Shown here: positions 55,526 to 64,000 of the stretch, piece after piece
Layout: every line of letters begins with the position of its first letter
Numbering within the stretch: position 1 is the stretch's first letter
DNA from: an uncultured Thermoleophilia bacterium
Lineage (GTDB): Bacteria; Actinomycetota; Thermoleophilia; Gaiellales; Gaiellaceae
NCBI GenBank assembly: GCA_963823355.1
Contig: CAWGLG010000004.1
Span: 75,656 to 139,655, forward strand
Reading direction: 5' to 3'
DNA: 64,000 nt
Notes under the pieces: generated by a model
What the model saw: the letters and a program-made list of their open reading frames with translations, nothing else
Databases searched by the model: none
Told to the model about the DNA's origin: nothing
Translations under genes and position numbers: made by a program

Positions 55526-55602
55526 CGCGATAGGGTGAAGGCTTGCTGTTTGCAATTTTTTAAGATAAATTTTATAAAAAAACTGTGAGGAGGTTTAAAA
55601 CG

Positions 55603-56772
55603 ATGAAAATCGCTGCACGGATGGATCAAATTCCCTTTTCGGGAATTCGGACAATTTTCGAAGAGGTTATCAGGCGGGAGAAGCGGGGCGAGAAACTCAT
55701 CCACCTGAACATCGGCCGGCCGGACTTTGATACTCCGGCACATATCAAGGAGGCTGCCAAAAAGGCGCTGGATGAGGGCAAGGTTCATTATTCTTCCAAT
55801 TATGGCATTCCCGAGCTGCGGACCGCCCTGGCTGAAAAATTCAAGCAGGAAAACAACCTTTCCTATGACCCCAACAAGGAGATCATCGTTACCGTCGGCG
55901 GCAATGAAGCCGTGTTGATGACCATGATGGGGCTGCTGGATCCCGGTGACGAGGTGCTGATCCCGGACCCCTGCTGGCTAAATTACTTTTATTGTGTGCG
56001 CATGGCGGGGGCCAATCCGATTTCGGTTCCGGCCCTGCAGGAACATGACTTTGTCCCGCAACTGGAAGACTTCCGCTCACGGATTACTTCCAAGACACGG
56101 ATGATCGTCATTAACACCCCCAACAATCCCACCGGGGCCGTTTTCAGTGCGGAGGCCCTGGGGCAACTGGCGCAGCTGGCCAAGGAAAAGGATCTTTACG
56201 TTCTGTCCGATGAAATTTATGAGAAGATGGTTTACGACGGCAGCCGCCATATCAGCATCGGCAGCTTGCCGGGCATGAAACAAAGGACGATTACGGTCAA
56301 CGGGTTTTCCAAGAACTATTCCATGACCGGCTGGCGTCTGGGTTTTGTGGCTGCAGATAGCGAGGTAATTTCAGCGCTGGTCCGGATTCATCAGTATGCC
56401 ACCATCTGCGCGACGTCGTTTGCCCAGTATGGGGCGGTTGCGGCCTTAACCGGACCACAGACTGATATAGAGAATATGATCAGGGAGTTCGATCGCAGAA
56501 GGGTGCTGGTTTACAATGCATTAAAGGAAATGCCGGGAATTGACGTGGTGAAACCGCTGGGTGCGTTTTATATTTTCCCCAGCATTAAGGAAACCGGCAA
56601 AACTCCGGATGAAATGACGCTTTACCTGATCGAAGAGGCCAAAATTGCGGTGGTCCCGGGAAGCGTTTTCGGTGATTACGGCAATGAGTCCATCCGGATT
56701 TCCTATGCCAATTCCTATGAAAACCTGGAAAAGGCCATGGAGAGTATGCACGCTGCTCTAAAGAAGCTTTAA
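55603..56772 (+). CDS. PLP-dependent aminotransferase, class I/II (aspartate aminotransferase-like)
   Basis: ATG at 55603 after GAGGAGG. Motifs NIGRPDFDTP, YSSNYG, NTPNNPTG, SFSKNYSMTGWRLG and IRISYA. Confidence 0.9.
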   Translation: MKIAARMDQIPFSGIRTIFEEVIRREKRGEKLIHLNIGRPDFDTPAHIKEAAKKALDEGKVHYSSNYGIPELRTALAEKFKQENNLSYDPNKEIIVTVGGNEAVLMTMMGLLDPGDEVLIPDPCWLNYFYCVRMAGANPISVPALQEHDFVPQLEDFRSRITSKTRMIVINTPNNPTGAVFSAEALGQLAQLAKEKDLYVLSDEIYEKMVYDGSRHISIGSLPGMKQRTITVNGFSKNYSMTGWRLGFVAADSEVISALVRIHQYATICATSFAQYGAVAALTGPQTDIENMIREFDRRRVLVYNALKEMPGIDVVKPLGAFYIFPSIKETGKTPDEMTLYLIEEAKIAVVPGSVFGDYGNESIRISYANSYENLEKAMESMHAALKKL

Positions 56773-56890
56773 TGGATTTGCCTGACGTTATGGTGCGTTG
56801 CGGCAAGACTTTTTCAATACCGGAATTCCAAAAGAAGCGGTAGGCGAAAAGTCAGCCTTACTATAAACCTTAAATCGCGGGAGGTATACA

Positions 56891-57874
56891 ATGAAAGTGT
56901 CTTGGAAGAATTATTCAGTTTTGTTTGTGGTATTGTCTTTGATCCTCGGCATCGGTGTTAACGCCCAGGCGGCCGACAAGGTTCGGGTCGCTTTGGGGGA
57001 TGTGGCCTCGGTTGAAACCCTTTGTTTTATTGTCGCACTGGATCGCGCCAAGGATCGCGGGGTTGCTTATGAACTGACCGCATTTTCAAAAGAGGAGCTC
57101 GCGATTCAGGCCATTATTAACGGCCAGATGGATATCGGCGTGGGCACCCCCTATTCGGTCATCCAGAAAACCAGTGTGCCGATACGCCTTTTTTTCCAGA
57201 TGAGCAAGCTGGTATTTTTCCCGGTGGTAGCCAATGAATACAAAACCTGGAAAGATCTGGACGGCCAGCCGTTTACCTTTCATGCCCGCGGCACCGGCAC
57301 CGAAGCCATCGGCAATATCATCGCCAAACGGCAGGGTATCACTTTCGGTCAGCGCAGTTACGTGCCGGGTTCCGAAAACCGGATCATTGCCATGATGAAG
57401 GGACAGATCAAGGCGACGATCGTCGACCTGGCTAACAAGAACCTGCTGATGAGCAAGGCCGGCGATCGTTTCCACGTCTTGCCGGGGGTCGACGACCCGG
57501 TCACCGATGAAGCGCTGTTTGCGGATGTGAACTGGCTCAAGAAGAACGAAAAGGCCGTAACGATCCTGACGGAAGAACTGTTGCGCACCTGGCGGGAAAT
57601 GATCAAAGACCCGACCATGATGGACAGGGAACGCAAAAAACGCAACCTGCTTACCGACCTGCCCAAAGAGCTGCTGGCGGACGTCGATAAATATTACAAG
57701 GAAGCCGTGGACGGTGGGTTGTATGATCCGGATGGCGGTCTGAACGCCGCCAAATCAGACTTTGAATTTTATGTGAATGCCGGCCAGATGAAGGGCCCAA
57801 TGGAAAGCCTGAAGATCGAAGATTACTGGTATCTTGACTCGCTGAAAGCGGCCATGGCCAAACTCGGCAAATAA
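56891..57874 (+). CDS. ABC transporter substrate-binding protein, NMT1/THI5-like (NitT/TauT family)
   Basis: 327 aa with a signal peptide and an NMT1-type fold pattern. Followed by matching permease and ATPase genes. Confidence 0.8.
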   Translation: MKVSWKNYSVLFVVLSLILGIGVNAQAADKVRVALGDVASVETLCFIVALDRAKDRGVAYELTAFSKEELAIQAIINGQMDIGVGTPYSVIQKTSVPIRLFFQMSKLVFFPVVANEYKTWKDLDGQPFTFHARGTGTEAIGNIIAKRQGITFGQRSYVPGSENRIIAMMKGQIKATIVDLANKNLLMSKAGDRFHVLPGVDDPVTDEALFADVNWLKKNEKAVTILTEELLRTWREMIKDPTMMDRERKKRNLLTDLPKELLADVDKYYKEAVDGGLYDPDGGLNAAKSDFEFYVNAGQMKGPMESLKIEDYWYLDSLKAAMAKLGK

Positions 57875-57991
57875 GTGAAGACTAGAGATAAAGGTTGAAG
57901 GTAAATAGACCGAAGGTCAATTGTCCGTGGTTCGCAGTCCGTGGTCATCATTTCAAATGACAATGGACGACAAGCTACGGACACCATCCAT

Positions 57992-58042
57992 AAAATCCCC
58001 CCGTTTCCCCCCTTTGAAAAAGGGGGGCGGAGGGGGGATTTT
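57992..58042 (+). terminator. two-tier G/C-run hairpin plus T tract between the SBP and permease genes (REP-like attenuator/terminator)
   Basis: AAAATCCCCCC...GGGGGGATTTT outer stem with a CCCCCCT/AGGGGGG inner stem, followed by TTTTATT. Preceded by GTCCGTGG direct repeats at 57923-45. Confidence 0.55.
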
Positions 58043-58060
58043 TATTAAGAAGGATCAATT

Positions 58061-58825
58061 ATGGTGTCCTTTTTTTTACATCCGTTGACGTTGAGAATCT
58101 TATCTTTTGCGACAGTGTTCGGTGTATGGGAATATGCCGGCCGCATCCCGATCAGCCCGGCGTTTCCGACGTTTTTACAAACGATGGCAGCGCTTTGGGG
58201 CATGATCGCCGACGGGTCTATGGCGGCGGTCTATCCCAGCACACTTGAACCGCTTGGGATCGGACTGGTCATTTCGTCCTTCCTCGGTGTGGGCTGCGGG
58301 ATCTTCATGGGGCTTAACGAAAAAGCCGAATGGTTCGGCGCGCCGGTCTTCATCGTGATGCAGGCTGCGCCGCTGGGGGCGCTGGTTCCGCTGCTGACAT
58401 TCGTTTACGGTATCGGACTGACGTCGAAAATCCTCACCGTCTGTATCATGGCGTTACCGGTCATTGTTTTAAACGCCTTCAATGCCGTGCGCCACACACC
58501 GGAGTCGATGATCGAGATGGGCCGGTCTTATCTCGGCAGTCGCCTCCAGGTGATCCTGAAGATCATCCTGCCGGCCGCCAGCCCGGTCATCTATGCCGGA
58601 CTGCGTCTCGGCGCGGCCATGGGATTCATCGGGGCGATCCTCGCCGAACTGTTGATTACACCGACAGGAATCGGCGATATTATCACCTATAACCAGTCTG
58701 TTGCCGAGTACGACAAAATGTATGCCGCCATCTTTTCGATCATGGCGTTTGCCGTGATTTTCATCGAAATTTTAGAACGTTCTGAATATATATTTTTCAG
58801 ACCAGATAAAAGGGTAACCTCATGA
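58061..58825 (+). CDS. ABC transporter permease (NitT/TauT family)
   Basis: 254 aa, 6 TM-like segments, with an EAA-type loop (MIEMGRSYLGSRLQVILKIILPAA). Confidence 0.85.
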   Translation: MVSFFLHPLTLRILSFATVFGVWEYAGRIPISPAFPTFLQTMAALWGMIADGSMAAVYPSTLEPLGIGLVISSFLGVGCGIFMGLNEKAEWFGAPVFIVMQAAPLGALVPLLTFVYGIGLTSKILTVCIMALPVIVLNAFNAVRHTPESMIEMGRSYLGSRLQVILKIILPAASPVIYAGLRLGAAMGFIGAILAELLITPTGIGDIITYNQSVAEYDKMYAAIFSIMAFAVIFIEILERSEYIFFRPDKRVTS

Positions 58826-59616
58826 GCAATATGACTGAATCAGGTTCCAACGCAGCGGGTCCCGCCGCTGTTGCGGTTGAAAATGTTTCCAAAATCTATC
58901 CCGGAGGGGTTGAAGCGCTCAGCAATATGACGCTCCAGTTTCCCAGAGGAGAGCTTACGTCCGTGCTGGGCCCTTCCGGCTGCGGCAAAACCACCCTCTT
59001 GAAGATTATTGCGGGGCTGCTGCCGGCGAATTCCGGGACGGTTATGGTCAACGGTCAGCCGGTTACCGGTCCGGGACCTGAGCGCGCCTTTGTGTTTCAG
59101 GATTTTGCCCTCATGCCGTGGGCCTCGGTCATCCGCAATGTCGCCTTTGGGCTGGAACTGCGCGGTGTTGCCAAATCCGAACGCATGGCCATTGCCGAGA
59201 AACACATCGAAAATGTGGGGCTGAAAGGCTTTGAAAACCACTATCCGCACCAGCTTTCAGGCGGCATGCGTCAGCGCGTGGGGCTGGCGCGCGCCTTGGC
59301 GGTGGATGCCGAGATCCTGTTGATGGACGAGCCCTTTTCGGCGGTCGATGAGCAAACCCGACGGAAATTTCAGGAAGACCTCCTCGGCGTGGTGCAGAAC
59401 GAGAAGAAGACCTTTATTTTCGTGACGCACTCGATTGAAGAAGCGGTTTATCTATCAGACAGCATCGCCCTGCTGTTGCCGCGGCCCAGTCGCGTTTCTG
59501 AAATCATCAAGCCGGATATCCGGCGCGATATCGATCCGGATGCCATTCGGCGAGATACCGTCTATCTGGATACGGTCGAACGTATCTGGCAGGGCCTGCG
59601 GCGATATATCGAATAA
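58822..59616 (+). CDS. ABC transporter ATP-binding protein (NitT/TauT family)
   Basis: Walker A GPSGCGKTT, signature LSGGMRQRV and Walker B LLMDEPFSAVD. Confidence 0.9.
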   Translation: MSNMTESGSNAAGPAAVAVENVSKIYPGGVEALSNMTLQFPRGELTSVLGPSGCGKTTLLKIIAGLLPANSGTVMVNGQPVTGPGPERAFVFQDFALMPWASVIRNVAFGLELRGVAKSERMAIAEKHIENVGLKGFENHYPHQLSGGMRQRVGLARALAVDAEILLMDEPFSAVDEQTRRKFQEDLLGVVQNEKKTFIFVTHSIEEAVYLSDSIALLLPRPSRVSEIIKPDIRRDIDPDAIRRDTVYLDTVERIWQGLRRYIE

Positions 59617-59631
59617 CAGGGAGAAGAAGGC

Positions 59632-60384
59632 ATGAAAATATTTGGCATCAAACTGCCGATGATGGCGTCACTGGTCATCTGGGCGATCGTATGGGAAATC
59701 ATCGGGCGGTTGGAGCTGTCGATTCTGCTGCCGCCGTTGAGCCTGATTCTGATTCGGATGGTCGAAATCATCCCGACCGCGGTATTCTTCAAGGCGTTTT
59801 GGATCACGGCAAAATGCTTTCTGATCGGGTCGGCCATCGCCGTTGTTGCGGGGATACCGATCGGGGTTCTGATGGGCCGATCCATTATTGCCGACCGGAT
59901 GCTGCTGCCGTGGGTCAACATGTTCCTGAGCGCGCCCCTGACAGCCCTGGTGCCGGTCCTGATGACCCTGTTCGGGTTCGGCGAAAAGACCATCATCCTC
60001 ACCACCCTGCTGTTTGCGATCTGGATTATCGTTCTGGATGCACGCGCCGGCGTAAAAGGCATCTCGCAGTCCCTGGTGGAAATGGCGCACAGCTATGGCG
60101 CAAACGACTGGCAGTCGTTTAGCAAGATTTATGTCTGGGCGGCGCTGCCGGAGATACTTGCCGGTATTCGCCTGGGTTTTATCCGCGCCATAAAAGGGGT
60201 CATCATCGGGCAACTGCTTGTTTCCATTGTCGGTTTCGGCAGGCTGTTCGAGCTGTATTCTTCCAACTTTTTGATGGAACACATGTGGGCGATGTTGCTG
60301 GTGCTTTTCTTCTTTGCCTTTCTGATAGCGGAGGGGATGGGAATCATTGAACGCAAGTTTTCGTACTATGCTGCTTCGCGGTGA
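59632..60384 (+). CDS. ABC transporter permease (second, NitT/TauT family)
   Basis: 250 aa, paralogous to 58061-58825 (LVEMAHSYGANDWQSFSKIYVWAALP). Confidence 0.85.
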   Translation: MKIFGIKLPMMASLVIWAIVWEIIGRLELSILLPPLSLILIRMVEIIPTAVFFKAFWITAKCFLIGSAIAVVAGIPIGVLMGRSIIADRMLLPWVNMFLSAPLTALVPVLMTLFGFGEKTIILTTLLFAIWIIVLDARAGVKGISQSLVEMAHSYGANDWQSFSKIYVWAALPEILAGIRLGFIRAIKGVIIGQLLVSIVGFGRLFELYSSNFLMEHMWAMLLVLFFFAFLIAEGMGIIERKFSYYAASR

Positions 60385-60509
60385 GTGGGGCTGATTCATA
60401 GCGATAATTCGTTCTATTATAAGTATCAGCGAAGACCATGTCACCAGTGAGTTGAATGAATCGGATGGAGGTGTTGCTTACTTAACCCCTATTCTAAATT
60501 ATCTCGCGA

Positions 60510-60962
60510 TTAAGTCCACCCGGTCGCTTTTCCTCCTTCGGTTGCCAGTAAAACAAATGCGATGATGCAGGGTTCAGTTCCACGATTCACCCAGTTGTGT
60601 ATCGTCGCCTGTTGAATTAATACGTCTCCCGCTTTTAAAAGAATTTCTTCCTCATCCAGCTGCATGATGATTTCGCCGGACAAGACGATCGCGTAGTCGA
60701 TGGAATCTGTCCGGTGCCATCGTTCGGCCACTCCGGGATCATAGCGGATAACCCTGAAAACGGACCCGCCTGCAATCGTGGTGCCGATTTTCCATGAGGC
60801 CGGGTCTTCTTCGGACAGTCGGGCCGGTAGCTGCTCGGTTGCCCACATCGGCGCCTGTGAAAATCCCGGTCTTCCCGGGATGGCTCTAATTTCGTTGTTC
60901 CATTTGACCACACTTTTACCCTTGCTGTTGTGGCCGGTTACAATTCTTCTGATTTTCATCAT
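60510..60962 (-). CDS. cupin domain protein
   Basis: About 150 aa from the ATG at 60962/60959. Cupin motifs WHRTDSIDYAIVLSGEI and GDVLIQQATIHNW. Confidence 0.75.
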   Translation of the reverse strand: MMKIRRIVTGHNSKGKSVVKWNNEIRAIPGRPGFSQAPMWATEQLPARLSEEDPASWKIGTTIAGGSVFRVIRYDPGVAERWHRTDSIDYAIVLSGEIIMQLDEEEILLKAGDVLIQQATIHNWVNRGTEPCIIAFVLLATEGGKATGWT

Positions 60963-60966
60963 GTTA

Positions 60967-62937
60967 CTATTCCTTATCAATTTTTGCAGCAACGCCGCGG
61001 GGTATAAATTTCTGGTAACACCAGACTGCCAGCATGATCAGGATACCGGGCAGGTCTGTTTTAATTCCGGGAAAGATCAGGAAAAGTCCGGCCCCCACCA
61101 ATAGCAGCCGTTCCCACCAGAAACACTCCAGGCGATAATATTTCTGAAGACCCGAGGTAAAAGCAACAATGCCCAAACAGGCCGTTGCAACCGTAAATAA
61201 AATCTTTACTATCCCGCCTTGCATCAGCAATGAAGGGCCGTAAACCATCATATAGGGAACGATATAGGCGACGAGACCGAATTTGAAGGCAATATTACCG
61301 ACACTGGTCGGATCAGCCTCGGCGATGCCGGCGCCGGCATAGCTGCTGAGGGCCACTGGAGGCGTAATGCTTGAAATGCAGCCGAAATAGAAAAGGAACA
61401 GGTGCGCGGCCAGAACCGGAACACCCAGACGTATCAGAACAGGCGCTCCTAATGACGCCAGCACGACATAAGCGGCGGTAGTCGGCATTCCGCAACCCAA
61501 GACAAGGCTTGCGATCATTGAGAAGAAAAGTGCTAAAAAAATATTGCCCCCGGAAAGCGAGACCAGGCTGTCGGAGAATTTCAACCCGAGCCCTGTCAGG
61601 GCGATAACGCCCACAATAATTCCGGCAGACGCGCAGGCCGCCGCAATGGTAACGGAGTTGCGGGCACCGAACTCCAGCGCTTCGATAAACTTTCCGGGGC
61701 CGACGCGGGTGGTTTTGCGCAATGATCCGATTATCCCGATAAGGATGATTCCCCAGAACACACTTTTCATAGGTGAATAGGCCCACACCAGCATCAGAAC
61801 TAGAACTATAAGAGGAATGAACAGGTGCCCCCCCCAGGCTAAGGTTGCACCGATCTGTGGCAGTTCTTTCCCCGGCAGTCCTTTCAGTCCCTGTTTGCGT
61901 GCCTGTGAATCCACCATCAGATAAACCGCGAAAAAATACAAGAGGGCCGGAATGACTGCGGCGATTGCGATGTTGACATAAGGGATTTCAGTAAATTCAG
62001 ACATGATGAATGCGGCAGCCCCCATAATCGGCGGCATCATTTGCCCGCCGGTAGAGGCCACAGCTTCTATGGCGCCGGCAACCTTGGGCTCATATCCGCT
62101 TTTCTTCATCAGTGGAATCGTAAACGTGCCGGTGGTCACCACATTGGCCACGGCGGCTCCGGACATGGTTCCCATCAGGGCGCTGCTAATGACGGCCGCT
62201 TTGGCCGGCCCGCCCCGGGTGCGGCCGGTCAGGGCGAAGGCAAAATCTATAAAGAATTTGCCGCCGCCGCACTTGCTCAGAAATGATCCAAAAAGCACAA
62301 ACAATACAATGTATGTGGATGAGACCGCCATGGGCAGACCAAAAATTCCTTCCGTGGAAGTATAAATCATGGCGATCAGGCGCTCGGTGTCATATCCTTT
62401 GTGTGCGAATATCCCCGGCATCCATGGACCCACATACGCATAAACGATAAAGGTGAGGGCGGTCAGGGCCAGGGTGGCGCCGACCACACGACGGGTCGCT
62501 TCAAGGACTACGATCACCATGAGAATACCAAAATAGATGTCTCTATTAATCGGCATACCCGCTCTTTCCACAATCCCTTCCCAGTTGAAAAAAATATAGA
62601 GCCCGGCCACGAGAGCCAGGACGGCGAAAATAATATCGATTACACCTGGCGTCTTGTTTTTAGATTTTTTTTGTCCACGGTAAAGCAGAAAGGCCAGTAC
62701 GCTCATGAATGTCCAATGCACCGACCTTTGAATCATGGAGGAATATATGCCGAAGCCGCCGGTGTAAAGGTGAAACAGGGAAGCGGAGACCCCCATCACC
62801 AGAATAATCCAGGGCCAGAACCCATTGGGTAAATTCAGGCCTGCTCCGGCTCTGTCCGGGTTTGGACCGGCGGCAGCCGGAGCAGGTAGGGGTTGCTGCT
62901 CTGAAAGGGGAGTTGCCGTTTCAGTATTTTTTATCAT
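60967..62937 (-). CDS. TRAP transporter fused permease (TAXI-type 4TM/12TM fusion)
   Basis: 656 aa, highly hydrophobic, overlapping the upstream TAXI receptor gene by 4 nt. Confidence 0.9.
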   Translation of the reverse strand: MIKNTETATPLSEQQPLPAPAAAGPNPDRAGAGLNLPNGFWPWIILVMGVSASLFHLYTGGFGIYSSMIQRSVHWTFMSVLAFLLYRGQKKSKNKTPGVIDIIFAVLALVAGLYIFFNWEGIVERAGMPINRDIYFGILMVIVVLEATRRVVGATLALTALTFIVYAYVGPWMPGIFAHKGYDTERLIAMIYTSTEGIFGLPMAVSSTYIVLFVLFGSFLSKCGGGKFFIDFAFALTGRTRGGPAKAAVISSALMGTMSGAAVANVVTTGTFTIPLMKKSGYEPKVAGAIEAVASTGGQMMPPIMGAAAFIMSEFTEIPYVNIAIAAVIPALLYFFAVYLMVDSQARKQGLKGLPGKELPQIGATLAWGGHLFIPLIVLVLMLVWAYSPMKSVFWGIILIGIIGSLRKTTRVGPGKFIEALEFGARNSVTIAAACASAGIIVGVIALTGLGLKFSDSLVSLSGGNIFLALFFSMIASLVLGCGMPTTAAYVVLASLGAPVLIRLGVPVLAAHLFLFYFGCISSITPPVALSSYAGAGIAEADPTSVGNIAFKFGLVAYIVPYMMVYGPSLLMQGGIVKILFTVATACLGIVAFTSGLQKYYRLECFWWERLLLVGAGLFLIFPGIKTDLPGILIMLAVWCYQKFIPRGVAAKIDKE

Positions 62938-63887
62938 TTCAGGGCGCCTTTTTCACGATAGTATCGCTCCGCGCCCGGATGGAGGGGAATGCCCGCTTGA
63001 GGAGCGGATTCCAGACTGACTTCTTTGGTGGATGGATGAACCTTTTGGAATTCATCCACATGATCATAGAGGGCCGCCGTAATTTTATAGGCCAGTTCAT
63101 CGCTCATGGCTTCATTGACGATCAGCAGATTCCCGGCACCCACCGTCAGAACGTTTTCATCGGTGTTGTATGTGTTCTTGGGGATCACAACCCGAACATA
63201 GTAGGGATACTTTTCGATAAACTTCTGGACAATTGGTTCGTCCATGCGAATAAATCGAATGGGTGTGCGCACCATCAATTCCTTGACGGCGGCGGTGGGC
63301 GCCCCGGCCAGGAGGATGGAAGCGTCCACATTGCCGTCCTGCAGGGCCATGCTGCCGTCGTTATAGCTGATGTAGCTGGGCTTGAAATCTTTAGCGGTCA
63401 TGCCGTATACCGTCAGCAGGTTGTTGAGCAGGGATATGGTCCCTCCGCCTGCCGGTCCCACCGCAACCGGCCGCCCTTTAATATCGGCCAGCGTGTTGAT
63501 GGGTGAATCTTTTTTGGTGACCATATGAAACGTACTGGGATACATAGAGGCGATGGCGCGGATGGGGAGGGGTTCGGTATAAGGCTTCATGGCTTTTATG
63601 GCGAAATAACCCGTGCTGGAGTTGGTAATACCGATATCGGTCTGTCCCTTGCCGACCAGGCGTGGATTTTCTACGGCACCACCGGTCACCTCAACCCGGA
63701 TATCCACTTCAGGTACATACTTGCTGATAAGTGAAGCGACGCCGGTGCCGACCGGGTAATAGGCGCCCCCCATACTGGCGGTACCGATCGTCATTTGTTT
63801 GCGGGCGGCAAAGCCCGATCCGGGGATGAGCAAAATGATCAATAGCGCAACAATTCCTGAAACTGTCAGAACATTTTTTGGTTTCAT
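62934..63887 (-). CDS. TAXI family TRAP transporter solute-binding protein
   Basis: 317 aa. Signal peptide, then TIGTASMGGAYYPVGTGVASLISK, typical of TAXI receptors. Confidence 0.9.
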   Translation of the reverse strand: MKPKNVLTVSGIVALLIILLIPGSGFAARKQMTIGTASMGGAYYPVGTGVASLISKYVPEVDIRVEVTGGAVENPRLVGKGQTDIGITNSSTGYFAIKAMKPYTEPLPIRAIASMYPSTFHMVTKKDSPINTLADIKGRPVAVGPAGGGTISLLNNLLTVYGMTAKDFKPSYISYNDGSMALQDGNVDASILLAGAPTAAVKELMVRTPIRFIRMDEPIVQKFIEKYPYYVRVVIPKNTYNTDENVLTVGAGNLLIVNEAMSDELAYKITAALYDHVDEFQKVHPSTKEVSLESAPQAGIPLHPGAERYYREKGALK

Positions 63888-64000
63888 TGTTAGCCTCCTG
63901 AAATTAGGGTTAATTGAACAAAGGTGAATTTATCGGTGTATTCTCTCCGAATGGACAGTATGTGACAAGACGGCCGTACGTATCTTTTTTGCGGTTGCAG

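Noticed and set aside
1-64000. Scan for rRNA, tRNA, tmRNA, CRISPR repeats and known defence genes (restriction-modification, Cas, toxin-antitoxin, Abi, CBASS-like).
   Set aside because: Nothing with the expected sequence signatures was found by eye in any intergenic region or ORF product. This is a visual negative and should be confirmed with tRNAscan-SE, Infernal/Rfam and defence-system HMM sets.

Overview
This window is a composite of two unrelated sequence types joined at about 39,688.

LEFT PART (1-39,688). It is very GC-rich, roughly 70% by eye (not computed). It carries an actinobacterial-type housekeeping array, almost all on the minus strand and often with 4-nt ATGA start/stop overlaps:
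- degV, a receiver-only response regulator, yloV, asp23, rpmB
- ribH, ribBA, ribE, ribD, rpe, rsmB, fmt, def, priA
- an FTR1 iron permease divergent from a DtxR-family regulator
- metK, gpsA, der, plsC-like, cmk, aroA, tyrA, class II DAHP synthase
- then trpS, an RluB-type pseudouridine synthase, an M29 aminopeptidase, a DUF4389 membrane protein, SulP, scpB/scpA and lgt
- then a small accessory stretch: an HExxH protein, a VOC protein, a MarR-quinone oxidoreductase pair and an LAL/LuxR-type ATPase regulator

RIGHT PART (39,688-64,000). GC is much lower (mid-40s % by eye) and the gene content looks Gram-negative, possibly Desulfobacterota-like (inference only):
- a glycan-modification-type cluster: epimerase, FkbM methyltransferase, DUF218, radical SAM/SPASM, GT4
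- a hydrolase, fxsA and REP/MITE-like palindromes
- a metallophosphoesterase / Ser-Thr kinase / amino-acid ABC / PPDK_N-like / FAH block
- a GntR-headed dehydrogenase-aminotransferase-ABC operon
- a cupin plus TAXI-TRAP transporter

MAIN OBSERVATIONS
- Both genes at the seam are truncated. The join is most likely an assembly or binning artefact rather than biology.
- Seven clear gene disruptions were read directly: ribBA, DUF4389, and all five genes at 39.7-44.1 kb. All are +1 frame changes, which points to an insertion-biased consensus error mode or to clustered pseudogenisation.
- I saw no rRNA, tRNA, CRISPR array, transposase, integrase or recognisable defence system.
- The best candidates for something new are the kinase/phosphatase/ATPase-less ABC/PPDK_N-like block (46.6-53.6 kb) and the acidic N-terminal extension on lumazine synthase. 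Both are hypotheses only.

Start codons were chosen by eye and domain calls come from motif memory. None has been confirmed by a search.
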